A stretch of 63,692 bases of DNA, counting the filler, from an uncultured Gemmatimonadota bacterium (GTDB lineage: Bacteria; Blakebacterota; Blakebacteria; Blakebacterales; Blakebacteraceae): NCBI GenBank assembly GCA_964576115.1. It is 12 parts of 12 records of this genome, joined end to end, with 100 filler letters (N's around TTAATTAATTAA, not from the genome) between each part and the next. Parts side by side here need not be neighbours in the genome. Positions count along the whole stretch, not along the records: positions 26,528 to 32,416 come from CAZNUA010000102.1; positions 32,517 to 37,484 come from CAZNUA010000105.1; positions 37,585 to 42,334 come from CAZNUA010000106.1; 9 more parts are not named here. The stretch is one strand, 5' to 3'. The position numbers and the translations under genes were made by a program. Positions 26,596 to 37,874 of the stretch are shown piece after piece; the stretch's first letter is position 1, and each line of letters starts with the position of its first letter. The notes below the pieces were generated by a model that was not told where the DNA came from, did not search any database, and worked only from the letters and a program-made list of their open reading frames with translations.

Positions 26596-29315
26596 GTGGG
26601 CACCGAACCGCTCGAGATCATCGAGCGACGCGTTGCGACGCTCGCCAACCACCACCACAAATACCTCGTTACCATCCGCCGCTTCATCGACTCGCTGACC
26701 GAAACGCTCGAGACCTCGGGCAAGCTCATGCATGCTCACCTCTGGCGGTCGAGTTCCGATCCGGCCGATGAGATGCGGATTATCGCCGGTCTGACCGACG
26801 ATCCCGAGCTGAACGTGCATCACGTGAGCTGCTATTACGCCCTGCAGTTCCTGCACATGAACTTCCGGCACCAGGACATCCTCGCTCTCGGGATCTCCAG
26901 CCGGCAGACGCTGATCGATGTCTATCAGCAGTTCATGATGCAGATTGGAGCCGATTTCCGCACCCTGACCCGGGCTTACCTCGACACCCTGATCGATATC
27001 CACCTGCCCGGTGCGGATCGCGAGGCGTTCTTCATCTGCAGTGTGGGTACCAGGGCCGATCAGGACGACATCGATGTCGGGATCATCACCTCCGAACACA
27101 TCGACGACACCGCCCTGAACCTGGCCCTGAAGAACGTCACGCAGAACATGCTCGTCTATGCCACTCCCCTGCATCTCTATCTCTCCGAGCACGTGGGGCG
27201 GCAGATTTATACCACTACGATCCCCGAATACCACACCCTGCTCACCGAGCAGATCCAGGACGTCGTGATCATCTCCGAACTGCTCGGGGCCAGGCTCATC
27301 CTGGGCAGCGAGGATCTCTTTTCACGCTTTCAGGACGAGATCAGCACCCGCTATTTCTATCACCCCGACCGGGACATCCGCTATCACGAGGGCTTTCTGC
27401 GGGGCATTCTGGGCGAGGCTCGCGCCCTGCTCGTCACCCCCCTGGACACCGAAACCATTTCGCCCAAGGAAGATGCCCTGCGGATCATCAAGTCGGTCCT
27501 CTCGGCCCGCAAGGCGATCCACGGTCTGCCCGAGGTCAATGCCTGGGATATCATCAACGCTCTGATCGAGAAAGAACCCCACCTGCAGTCCGAGTACGAA
27601 CTGCTTTTCAAGGCCCTGACTTTCATCGAGCTGTTCAAGTTCCAGCTCCAGTTCTACATCGTGCAGGAGGATTCCTTCCGCACCGCCGAGATNNNNNNNN
27701 NNNNNNNNNNNNNNNNNNNNNNNNNNNNNNNNNNNNNNNNNNNNNNNNNNNNNNNNNNNNNNNNNNNNNNNNNNNNNNNNNNNNNNNNNNNNAACTGGGG
27801 CAGTGGGAGCAGGAGGACGTCATCGCCGAATACATGGAGTGGGCCCAGCACTCACCGATCACGATCATGCGGCTGATCACGATCATCAGCCAGCGTCTGG
27901 AAAACGAGCTCGGCGAGACGGTCGCCGACCGGATGAGCCGGGCCTTTCTGATCGAGATCGAAGGCCTGCCCTACATGACCGAGCGGTTGTGCAAGATCTT
28001 CAACCGCTATCCCGGCTACCTGCACGCTTTCCTGCAGTACCTGCCGACCCAGCACTTCAGTACGCTCTACCGCATTCTGTCCAAACCGGTCGTCGACGAC
28101 CGCTACGACAGTTTCCGGCTCCGTTTGCGCGAGCTCTGCCGGATCCACGAGTGGAGCAGCAAGTACTTCCACCGCTTCTTCTCCCGTGTCATCGCCCACC
28201 ATCCCGAGTACCTCGATTCCCTGTCGAGCCCGCACCAGCTCAACGAGATCGCCACCGGACAGATGGCCCTGGTCGATGTCCACCCCACCGCGACCGGCAA
28301 GAAAGAGGCTCTGGGCGACTACTACGATCTGGAGTTCGTGCGCATCGGTATCGGAACCATGCACGGCACCGATCTGCGGGTCACCAACCGCGAGTTCACT
28401 GCCTTCTGCGATGCCTATATCACCAAGCTCTTCGACGTCTGCACCGAAGAGGTGGAAAGTGAGCGCTCCGGCTCTGCGCCCGATACCGACAGCTTCGCCT
28501 TCACCGTGGCGGGGGGACACGCCCGGGAACAGGCCTACGACGACGACTGGGACCTGATTGCCATCGTCGACACCGATGACGAGGATGTTATCGCCCACGC
28601 CACCCGGATCGTCACCCGCATGAACCGGGAGATTCTGCGGCGCGGGCTGCTGCCCCACTACCGGCTCGGAGAGATCCTCGGCGGATTCGTCACTCCGCTG
28701 AACCGGCTCGAGGAGTACCTGGATTCAGGGGTCGAAGAGACATTCATCGATCTCTCCCAGCTCCTCGGCGCCCGCCTGCTGGTGGGTTCGGGGGTCATGC
28801 GCGCCCAACTCAACAGGCGCATCCTCGACCGTTTCGTCTTCGACCGCCGGGCCGAATACATCACCCGGATGATCGGCGAGATCAGGAACCGGCAGGATGT
28901 GGTGGAGGACTGCCGCACCGAGACGTGCAATCTGAAAGAAACCATCGGAGGTCTGCGCGATATCGAGGCGGTGGCGCTCATGCTCAAAGCCTGGCTCGGT
29001 ATCCATGCCCCCATCTCGCAGGACTTCTTCCACGAGATCCATCCGCAGGTCCCCGACGTGGCCGACGATCTCGATACCTTGAACCGCTCCCGCTACTATC
29101 TGCGTACGGTTCGAGATCTCTACCGCCTCACCGTGGCGGCCGAAGACAATATCAACCCCGATTACCTCGACCGGGTGGCGGCGATCTTCCAGGAGAGCAA
29201 CCGCCCCGAGTGGAGCAATCCCCAACTGATCATGGCCCAGCTCAGGACCACCCTGCTTCATTCGTCAGAGGCGATCGAGCGGGTGATCGGCTACCTGGAA
29301 ACCACGCTCGACTGA
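26596..29315 (+). CDS. Divergent GlnE/GlnD-like protein with two nucleotidyltransferase units, interrupted by a scaffold gap
   Basis: Unit 1: FFICSVGTRADQDDIDVGII..ELLGARLILG..ISPKEDALRIIK. Unit 2: FTVAGGHAREQAYDDDWDLIAIV..QLLGARLLVG..NLKETIGGLRDIE. Both frames are open up to the 27693-27792 gap. Confidence 0.78.
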
Positions 29316-29368
29316 ACCGGCGGTGACATCGGCAACTCTGTTTGCCGCATTCTCTGGAACGATACCCC

Positions 29369-32179
29369 TCAATTCATACCGGGTGGGATCCGGCGGCGAC
29401 GCCGGCCGCTGTCGTCACCCGGCATCCCGTCGCGCGGATCGGCGGTTTCCTTGTCCAGGAACGGCACTCCCTCGGTCATCCACGTCGGCGCCGACGCGTC
29501 CATCAGGTAGTGGTCGAAGAACTGGCGCATCCGGATCTGGAAGTCGATCTGGTTCTCCTTGCGCCCCAGGTGATGCCCCTCGCCGGGGTAGGAGAGCAGG
29601 ATGACCTCCTTGCCCTGCCGCCGGGCCATGTTGTAGTACTCCAGCCCCTGCATCCAGTCAACCGATCCGTCCTCGGTGCCGTGCAGGATCATGAAAGGGG
29701 TTGTGATGTTGCCGGTGTTGTGGATCGGCGACTGGCTGATGAAGAGTTCGAAGTCCTCGAAGGGGGTGGTGCCCATGCGGACCTGCCCCACTTCGGTGAT
29801 CCCCTGCTGAACGGTTCCGCTGCTCTTGTAGAGAGTGTTGTAGAAACTGACCAGGTTGGTCGGAGGCGCTCCGGTCACCACGCAGGCGAACAGGTCGGTC
29901 TGGGTGACCATGAACGAGGACTGGTACCCGCCCCACGAATGCCCCTGCAGGCCGATGTGGTCGGGATCGGCGTAGCCGAGCTCGATGACCTTGCGGACCG
30001 CCGCTCCGACGCAGTCCATGGCCGAGGAACCGGGACGGCCGGTTTCATACCGGATGTCGGGCTGCAGCACCAGGTAGCCTCCCGAGGCGTAGGTCGACAT
30101 GTGGGGGCGGTCGTCGTAGCGCGGCATCGAGTAGGAGTGGTGGTTCTGCGACATCAGCTCGTAGTGGTAGACCAGCATCGGGTAGCGCTGGCCCTCGCGG
30201 TAGCCGGCCGGCAGGGCCAGGGTGGCCTGCAGGCGCTGGCCTCGCGAGTTCTCGTAATCGATCAGGATACGCCGGCCCCAGGCGTACTCGGCCTGCTGCG
30301 GGTTGGCGTCGGTGATTCGGCGGGGCTCCGAGAAGCTCAGGTCGCTGACCCAGTAGTCGGGGTATTCCACGAAAGTCTGCATGGTGAACATGACCCGGTC
30401 GGCCTCGTCGGCCTTCGAGAGCCGTCCCACGCTCTTGTCCACGAAAATGAGCGGTTCGGGTTCAGACCCGGTTTCGACCTCGAAATACCCCGATTTCTTG
30501 GTCCACTCACCGTAGGCCGACACCAGAATCGGCTCGCGGGTGTCGATCGTATCCTGCTCGCGATCCAGACGCACGATCCGGAAGCGGATCTGATCGCGCT
30601 CGCCCACCCCGGCGGTCAGGTTGACCGCCTCACCGCCGGCCAGGGGCAGACTCCAGATATCGAAGCGGTGGTTCAGCAGCACCGACCGGCCGTCTTCGGA
30701 CCATCCCGCCACACCGTAGGCCGGCAGTTCGTAAGGGTGATCGTCCAGCCGGTTCACGAAATCCACTCCGGCCAGGGCCGAGAGGTTCGTTTCGGCTCCG
30801 CTGGCGATATTGCGCGCGAAGACGGTCTCGTCCTTCAGGTAGAGGAACCATTCCGAGTCGGGAGAGGTGCCCATCGCCCGGCCCAGATTCTCGACCATGA
30901 GGGTGCGCTCGCCGGTGGTGGTATCGACGCGGTAGTAGTCGGCCTTGCCGCCGCCCCAGGTAATCATCCCGGCATAGGGATTGTCGTCGCGCCCGATCCC
31001 CCAGCGCCCATCGTCGGTCAGGCTGACCGATTCCATCGTCTCGTCGGCCAGCCGCAGGAAGCGCAGGCCCTCCAGGTGCAGGACCGAAGTCCAGGTTTGG
31101 CGTCGATCGCGTGAGGCCTGGCGCATCTGTACCGACTGCACCCGTTCGTCCTTGTAGTGCCAGACATCCACGTCGGCCCGTTCCTCATCGCTCTCTTCGA
31201 CCGCCTCGGCCTGCTCCTTGATACCCAGGATCAGCATTGCCGAATTGTCGGTGAACCGCACCCCGGCCAGTTCACTCAGGACCATCCCCTCGGGGAAGCC
31301 GGGGTCGGCGGCGGGATCGAAATGCAGCGCCGCTTCGCGCCGGCCGCCCACGTCGGTCCAGACCCGAATCTCATTGGCCCGCTGCTGCATGCTCTCGGGA
31401 ACCGAACCGCGCAGGACCGCCAGGGCGGTCCCCTCTTCATTCCAGGTCAGCCCGGCGTAGGTGTCCTCACTCGAGTCGAGGGTGCGCAGAATCGTGTCCT
31501 CCAGATCCATGAGGTAGACCCCGTTGCCGACCCCGCCGGCGGCATCCACCGTCCAGGCCAGGAGGGTGCCCTCTTCGTTGAAGGCGTATTCGTTCACATT
31601 GCCGATGTTCTGCACCCGGCCGGTATCGAGTTCGCGCAACACCAGGTCGGTGCCCTCGTGCTCGACCCCCTCGGCCGTCTGGCGCATCTTCATCACCAGC
31701 AGGCGCGAGTCGGGACTGAAGGTGAAGCCGCTGACGTTCTCGACGAAGATCGAGGTGCCGGCTTCCAGGTCGAGGAGCTGCAGCTTACGCTCTCCCCCGC
31801 CGGCTGCCGGCCGCCGGGGCCGCTGCTGCAGATCATCGCTCAAGCGTCCCCTCCGGCCGCCGGTGTCCTCGGCCGGTGTGACCATGAGGGCCATCCAGCG
31901 CGAATCATCGGAAAAACCCGGCCGCGAGCCTCCCGGGATCTCGTGGATGGTCTCTCCGTCGAGGAGTTCCACATAGAGGGTGTCGTCGCCTTCGTTGGGG
32001 GAGTAGGCGTAGGTCATCCAGCGACCGTCGGGACTCATCGCGGTCGAGGTGATACTGCGCCACAGGCTGTAATCGTCGAGGGTGAGTACTTTCCCGTCCT
32101 GGGCCGACAGGGTCGCACCGGAGCCGGCGAACAGGACGAGCAGAAACAGGGTAGCGAGAACACGGGGGCGGCGGGTCAT
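29369..32179 (-). CDS. Secreted S9 family (prolyl oligopeptidase / dipeptidyl aminopeptidase-like) serine peptidase
   Basis: Signal peptide, PD40-like propeller (SPDGRW), GLQGHSWGGY, LHGTEDGSV, YPGEGHH. AGGAG RBS. Confidence 0.95.
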   Translation of the reverse strand: MTRRPRVLATLFLLVLFAGSGATLSAQDGKVLTLDDYSLWRSITSTAMSPDGRWMTYAYSPNEGDDTLYVELLDGETIHEIPGGSRPGFSDDSRWMALMVTPAEDTGGRRGRLSDDLQQRPRRPAAGGGERKLQLLDLEAGTSIFVENVSGFTFSPDSRLLVMKMRQTAEGVEHEGTDLVLRELDTGRVQNIGNVNEYAFNEEGTLLAWTVDAAGGVGNGVYLMDLEDTILRTLDSSEDTYAGLTWNEEGTALAVLRGSVPESMQQRANEIRVWTDVGGRREAALHFDPAADPGFPEGMVLSELAGVRFTDNSAMLILGIKEQAEAVEESDEERADVDVWHYKDERVQSVQMRQASRDRRQTWTSVLHLEGLRFLRLADETMESVSLTDDGRWGIGRDDNPYAGMITWGGGKADYYRVDTTTGERTLMVENLGRAMGTSPDSEWFLYLKDETVFARNIASGAETNLSALAGVDFVNRLDDHPYELPAYGVAGWSEDGRSVLLNHRFDIWSLPLAGGEAVNLTAGVGERDQIRFRIVRLDREQDTIDTREPILVSAYGEWTKKSGYFEVETGSEPEPLIFVDKSVGRLSKADEADRVMFTMQTFVEYPDYWVSDLSFSEPRRITDANPQQAEYAWGRRILIDYENSRGQRLQATLALPAGYREGQRYPMLVYHYELMSQNHHSYSMPRYDDRPHMSTYASGGYLVLQPDIRYETGRPGSSAMDCVGAAVRKVIELGYADPDHIGLQGHSWGGYQSSFMVTQTDLFACVVTGAPPTNLVSFYNTLYKSSGTVQQGITEVGQVRMGTTPFEDFELFISQSPIHNTGNITTPFMILHGTEDGSVDWMQGLEYYNMARRQGKEVILLSYPGEGHHLGRKENQIDFQIRMRQFFDHYLMDASAPTWMTEGVPFLDKETADPRDGMPGDDSGRRRRRIPPGMN

Positions 32180-32288
32180 GGGGATCTGTCTCCTTGAAGC
32201 GAGGGCTTGAAACGAACCGTACCGGGCTCCAGGCGGAGTCTTGGGTCACCTCTTACGTTAGTGGAGTCGGGGGAGAACGGGGAACTCG

Positions 32289-32325
32289 AAAATGCGCCCG
32301 GCGGCTGGAGGTGCCACCGGGCGCA
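32289..32325 (-). terminator. Probable intrinsic terminator of an upstream minus-strand gene
   Basis: Minus strand TGCGCCCGGTGGC-N7-GCCGCCGGGCGCA followed by TTTT. An open frame ending ..IFGYAIQKR* lies just upstream at the contig edge. Confidence 0.6.
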
Positions 32326-32516
32326 CCGGGCGGGGGATGGCTGTCCTTTGTTTTTCCCCGCCAGGCTCTCTTTACCGTTTCTGGATGGCGTATCCGAAGA
32401 TCGTGGAAACACGGACNNNNNNNNNNNNNNNNNNNNNNNNNNNNNNNNNNNNNNNNNNNNTTAATTAATTAANNNNNNNNNNNNNNNNNNNNNNNNNNNN
32501 NNNNNNNNNNNNNNNN

Positions 32517-35500
32517 CCTCAGCGTCGAAAATGGTCCGATGGATGGTGAGATCGCCGCTGCGGGGACCGGCAGGCCCGTCGAGGCGGATCGACGGAGCCT
32601 GCCCCGAAGAGGGCGTGAAGGTGGAATCGAGCGAACCGGCCAGGGTGTTGCCGGCCCAATCGGTGATGTTTGACGCAGTCAGGGTGAGCGTATTCGGTGG
32701 AGGTGGCAGAACCTGACCGCTCGCAAGAGTCAGGTCGTATTTCCCCCGATCCAACCTGTCGAAGACCAGGTAATCGGTCCCCTGGTAGTTGATAAAACGG
32801 CCGTGATAGAACTGAGATCCGACCGCATCGCCCATGTAATCGGTGCGCTGCAGCGGCATGTCGGGCCCGGTGGACCAGCTGCCTGAATCCGGATCGTAGA
32901 TCTCGACCGTGGCGAGGGCACCGCTGGTATTGCCACCTCCCACGACGTAGAACTTGCCGTCAATGGCTCCGCCGACCGCGCAATCTCGCGGGGTCGGCAT
33001 CGAAGCCAGTGTGGTGGTGACACCTGTTGAGGGGTCGTAGGCCCTCAGGGCAGAGGAGTAGTTGTTGGCGCTGTCATCCCACCCCCCGGCGAAATAGAAC
33101 TGCCCGTCGATCACTGCCGTGGCGGGATTGCCCGTTCCCAGGCCGCCGGATTTACTGGTCCAGCTGTCGGTTTCCGGGTCGTAGATGAACATCGTGGCTG
33201 GATCGCTACCTCTCTCACACACGTACAGTCTATCGCCGATACCGCGAGCCTGAGCATCCCACGCGGCAGGATTGCATGGCGGCGAGCCCAGGGCGGTCCA
33301 GGTATCGGTTACAGAATCGTAGACCTCGAAGGCGTTCACGCGCCCGCCGGCGTTCTCACCCGAAAGCAGGTAGATCTTGCCGGCCACGGCGGCCGCTACC
33401 GCACTCGAGCGGGGTGAGAGCAGCGGCGCCAGGCTCGACCAGGAATCGCCGACCGGATCGTAGACCTCGAGTCGGTCCAGATGGTTGCTCCCGTCCCAGC
33501 CGCCGAGGACGTAGAGCCTGCCCCCCATGCCGACGACTGCAGCATCTCCGGCCGGTACGGTATCGAACGTGGCAGACCGTTCCCAGAGGTCATTGACGTC
33601 GATCGAAGCGATCGAGTACGGGCTGGAGAGCGAGAAGTTGCCGGTAGATGTGGCCGAGGCTTCAGTGACCGGTTCGTTGAACCAGAACGGGAAGGTTGAA
33701 TCCCCGCTGGCTCCCTCGGCCCCCATCCAGACCGGAGCCCGGTTGTCCAACTCGAAGATGACCACGTTGGGTGATCCCGGGGTCGTGGCGTTGTCGCTCG
33801 GAGTGATCCGGAACCGGAGCAGGTCCACGTCCTCATCGGACAGGTCGGTAGCCGAGTTCCAGACCAGCGAACCGGAATAGGCGGCGGGATAGATTCCCTC
33901 GGTCGTGCCGGTGACCGTGGCCGGTTGCCAGTTTGATCCGTGGTCGGTGGAGTATTCGGTGGTGAGCGAGACCGGGTTCCCCTCGGCATCGGTGATTTCG
34001 TAAGCCAGCGTGACATCGGCCCGCTGCACGGTGACCGGCCAGGTCACGTCGATCGCCGGCGGCTGACCGGTCTCGGGGTAGAAATCGTTCGACAGGGGCG
34101 AGGACAGGGTATTTCCCTGACGGTCGGTGATATTCGAGGCGGTGATCGTGACGGCGGTTTCGGCCGGCGGCAGGACCTCGCCGCTGCCCAGGGTGATATC
34201 GTACTCCCCCCGCCAGTCGTAGATGTCGAGAGCCGTGATGTACCCGCCGCAGTAACCGCTGGCGATGTAGAGCTGATTCCCGATGACGCCGGCGGTCGTC
34301 TTCCAGCGCTGGTTGGGGATGGTGCCGGCGGTCGACCAGCTGTCCGAAGCCGGATCGTAGACATAGACATCGCTGTTGAAATCGGTGCCGTCGAATCCCC
34401 CGACGACGATGAGCCGGCCCCAGGCCACCCCGGCGGCGGCATAGGCGATCGCCTTCGGCAGCGGGGCTTTTGTCGTCCAGGTATCGGTAACCGGATCGTA
34501 GACCTCGAGGTTGGCATAGTAGGTAGTGCCGTCGATCTCACCGCCGGCCACGTACATCCTGCCGTCGATCACACCGGAGACCGCCCCCCGCCGGGCGGTC
34601 GGCATGCCGGAGACATTCGTCCAGGTATCGGTATCGGGATTGTAGCGGTGGACCGCATGAGACTGGTCACTCCCGCCGGCTATGTAAATGTGGTCTCCGA
34701 TCGCCTCTATGGTTGCCCATGATTGATCGGCAAGGCCGTCACCGGACGGGTATGACCAGGAGTCGGTGGCTGGATCGTAGCGTTCGAAGGCGCTGCTGCA
34801 GACGTAGATGTCGTCATTGAGGACTGTCGCTCGGGCGCCATCCCGCCACTGATTACTGTCCTCTCCCTGAGCCCAGGTGTCGGTAGCGGGATCGTAGATC
34901 CGGACTTCGTGACCGGCCTGGTTCCCGCCGATCACGTACAGCGTGTCGTTGAGTACGGCTGAGGCCGAGCCGGAGCGCCCCGGATCGGGCAGGGGCTGCC
35001 CGCTCGACCAGTTCCGGACGCTGATATCGCTGACCGTCAGGCCCGAGAGAGAGATGTTCCCGGTGTTCGTGGCGGTCGCATCCTCGACGGGCTCGTCGAA
35101 GTGGAAGGTGACGGTGTCGTAACCGCTCAGACCGGTGGCTGTGATCGAGGCCGGGGGACTGTTGTCGAGCCCGAAGATGATCGTGGCCGAGGATCCGTGA
35201 TGGGTGGGACCGTCGTAGGGAGTGACACGGAACAGCACTTCATTAACATGCTGACCCGGCAGATCGGACTGTGACTGCCAGGTGAGGGTGTCGGGGTAGG
35301 ACTCCTTGAAGAGATTATTCACTCCCTCGAGGATCGACGCGGTGAACCAGCTGCCGCCGGCGTCGGCAGAATACTCGCAGACCAGGGTGACCGGGTTGCC
35401 GTCGTGGTCGGTGACGCGGACAGCAATTGGAATGTCGCCGGTGCGGGTGCCGGTCAGCGGGGTCAGGAAGACCCGGGGCGGTGTTCCCGGCTCGGGTTCG

Positions 35501-37008
35501 ACGATCGCCTGCAGGGAAGAGGAGTTGATATTGCCATGGCGATCGGATATCCCGGTCGCGGTGACCGTGATGTCGGTATCGGCAACGAAGGATTGTCCGC
35601 CGGAGAGAGTGAGTTCATATCCCTGGCTGCACCCAATGCTGTGAAGGTCAAGCCGGTCCAGGTATCCGCCGTTGTTTCCGCCGACCAGATAGACCTGACC
35701 GCGAATCAGCCCGGCGGTGGCGGCGTACCGCGCCATCAGCAGATCCTGGCCGAATATGATCCAGGTATCAGTACCGATATCATACGTATAGCTCAGGTTC
35801 GAGAGGCCCGCGCCGGTATCACCGCCCATGACATCGAAAACCATCCCCCTCATCACCCCGGCGGCGTGGCTGATTGCCGCCGGCATGACGGACCCGGTGC
35901 TCCAGCTGTCAGTTACGGGATCGTATATCTCCAGGGTGTTCGATTTATCCCAGCTGCCCTCGTTTTCACCCCCGGCCACATAGAGTTTGCCATCGGCGAC
36001 CCCGTAGGCCGTATACCAGCGAGGCGTCGACATGGCTGTCCTGGTAACGGTCGTTTTGCTGACAGGGTCATATTCGTAGGTGTGATAGTCCTCGGCGAAG
36101 TAGATCTTGTCGCCGATGACACCTCCGGCGCCATAGTGAAAAGACGACCCGAAATTGAGATCGGTCCAGATATCGGTCCGAGGATCGTAGACCTCGAAAC
36201 CGGCTCCGCCACCCACCACATACAGCAGTCCTTTCAGGACGACCGCGACCGCCCCATTGCGAGCGTGATTGAGACTGGCCCTGGCGGTCCAGGCGCCGGT
36301 GTCGGGATCGTAGACTTCGAGGGTATTCTGGCCGCCGTTGCCGCCGATGACATACAACCGGCCGTCGAGCACGGCCGCAGCGGCATACTCCCGGGCGGTC
36401 GGCATCGAGGGCCCCTGGACCCAGTGATCTCTTTCCACGATCGTATCGATGGTCAGACCGCCCGAGAGGCCGATATTGCTCGGATCGAGGGCGGTGGAAT
36501 CGGCCTGCTCATCGAAGACATAGAACAAGGTCTTGTCGCCGCTGGCGGCCCAGGCATTGATCGATTCGGGCGGCTTGTTGTCGAGCGGGAAGGTGATCTG
36601 CCCGGCCGTACCCCAGCCGGAGTCATCGTGGGGAGTGATACGAACCCAGATCACCTCGAAAGCCTGACCGTCCAGATCGCTCTTCGAATTCCAGACCAGG
36701 CTCGAATCGTATCCGGCCGGTTTGATATCGGCGGTGTCGCCGGTGACCGTCGCAGGCAGCCAGGTGGTGCCGGAATCGGTGGAATATTCGACCAGCAGGC
36801 CGACCGAGTCGCTGTCGGCATCCTCGATCAGGTACTCGATGGTGATATCCCCGCTCTGGGTTTCCGAGAGGGGGGTCAGCGTAACCAGGGGGGGCTGCTG
36901 GGCGCGGACCGTCTGGGCCGTCAGGGTGATCAGAAAGCCGACGCATAGACCAATAAATAAAAAGTGCTGAAGTACAAACCCGCGACGTGCGCGGCGGGAG
37001 CTGGTCAT
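32517..37008 (-). CDS. N-terminal part of a giant secreted Kelch/Ig super-repeat protein (3 full units plus start of a 4th)
   Basis: AAGGA RBS and signal peptide ending VRA-QQ. Eighteen Kelch blades (LYVIGG..EVYDPxTxxW..MPTAR). Units start at 36891, 35478, 34059 and 32595; the frame is open at the contig edge. Confidence 0.9.
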
Positions 37009-37020
37009 TTGTATCCTTCC

Positions 37021-37119
37021 GTGCCGATGGTCCCCGAGGCGGGGACAGCAAACCGTCGGCACCCGGTTGCTGCAGTGTTCTTTCTCCAGCATCCCTGCCA
37101 GATCAGCGGCGGGGATGCT
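37021..37119 (-). promoter_or_regulatory. Two strong hairpins in the intercistronic leader of the Kelch gene
   Basis: AGCATCCC..GGGATGCT (37088-37119) and GTGCCGA..GTCCCCG-N3-CGGGGAC..TCGGCAC (37021-37062); the second ends just before the RBS. Confidence 0.5.
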
Positions 37120-37224
37120 CACTCACGCCCCTCCCGTCAGGCGAAGTCGCTTCCGAGGTGTCCTTCTCGCTCTGTCTGTCTGCGCTCTCCCCTCGCGATC
37201 ACACTGTGACCGGAGCCGTTGCGA

Positions 37225-37484
37225 TCACTTGATGATCGTCATCTTCTTCGAGGCCCGGTGCGGACCAGCCTGGATCAGGTAGATGTAAATTCCTGAAGCC
37301 ACCCGCCGGCCGTCATCGGAGCGCCCGTCCCAGCGGATGGTATGGTACCCGGGCTCATACTCGCGATCGGCCAGGGTGGCCACCCGCTGACCCCGTACGT
37401 TGAGCACGTAGAAGCGCACCCGCTGCGCGGTGGGCAGCTGGAAGCGGATCACCGTCTCGGCGTTGAAGGGGTTGGGGTAGTTGG
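37225..37484 (-). CDS. C-terminal T9SS/FlgD-Ig sorting domain of an upstream secreted protein (fragment)
   Basis: NYPNPFNAETVIRFQLP..NVRGQRVATL..WDGRSDDGRRVASGIYIY..KKMTIIK*. By manual count 64/85 residues are identical to the CTD at 24023. Confidence 0.88.
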
Positions 37485-37874
37485 NNNNNNNNNNNNNNNN
37501 NNNNNNNNNNNNNNNNNNNNNNNNNNNNTTAATTAATTAANNNNNNNNNNNNNNNNNNNNNNNNNNNNNNNNNNNNNNNNNNNNGAAGGTGGATTGAACT
37601 CGAAATCAAACTCGCGAAGTTCAGGCGCAGCAGTTCATCCGGTAGGGGGCAGATCGCGAAGAAGCAGGCAAAGGCTGAATAAGGTCTATCTGCATATAAA
37701 ACAAGCAGTTACATGATAACAGAAATTATCGGATCACTCTGTCGAATGGTGGGAAATGTGGGTTGAAACTAGATTAACTATATGTATCAGCGGACATTAT
37801 CCGCTTGCCTTGCTATTAATGTCAGTGGATGTGAGAGAAAGGTGATAATACAACAAAACAGGGAGTGAAAATCA

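Noticed and set aside
27693-27792. Frameshift or pseudogene in the GlnE-like gene
   Set aside because: The frame change coincides with an arbitrary-length N gap, and both sides are open.
29342-31114. Long antisense or alternate-frame ORFs (also 48065-50338, 9420-11048, 35404-36948, 5014-6345)
   Set aside because: Shadow ORFs opposite well-supported genes, expected in high-GC DNA, with no recognisable motifs.
37055-37075. SAM-I riboswitch-like CAGCAACC..GGTGCC
   Set aside because: Only 1 nt separates the two halves, and the P1/P2 kink-turn elements are absent.
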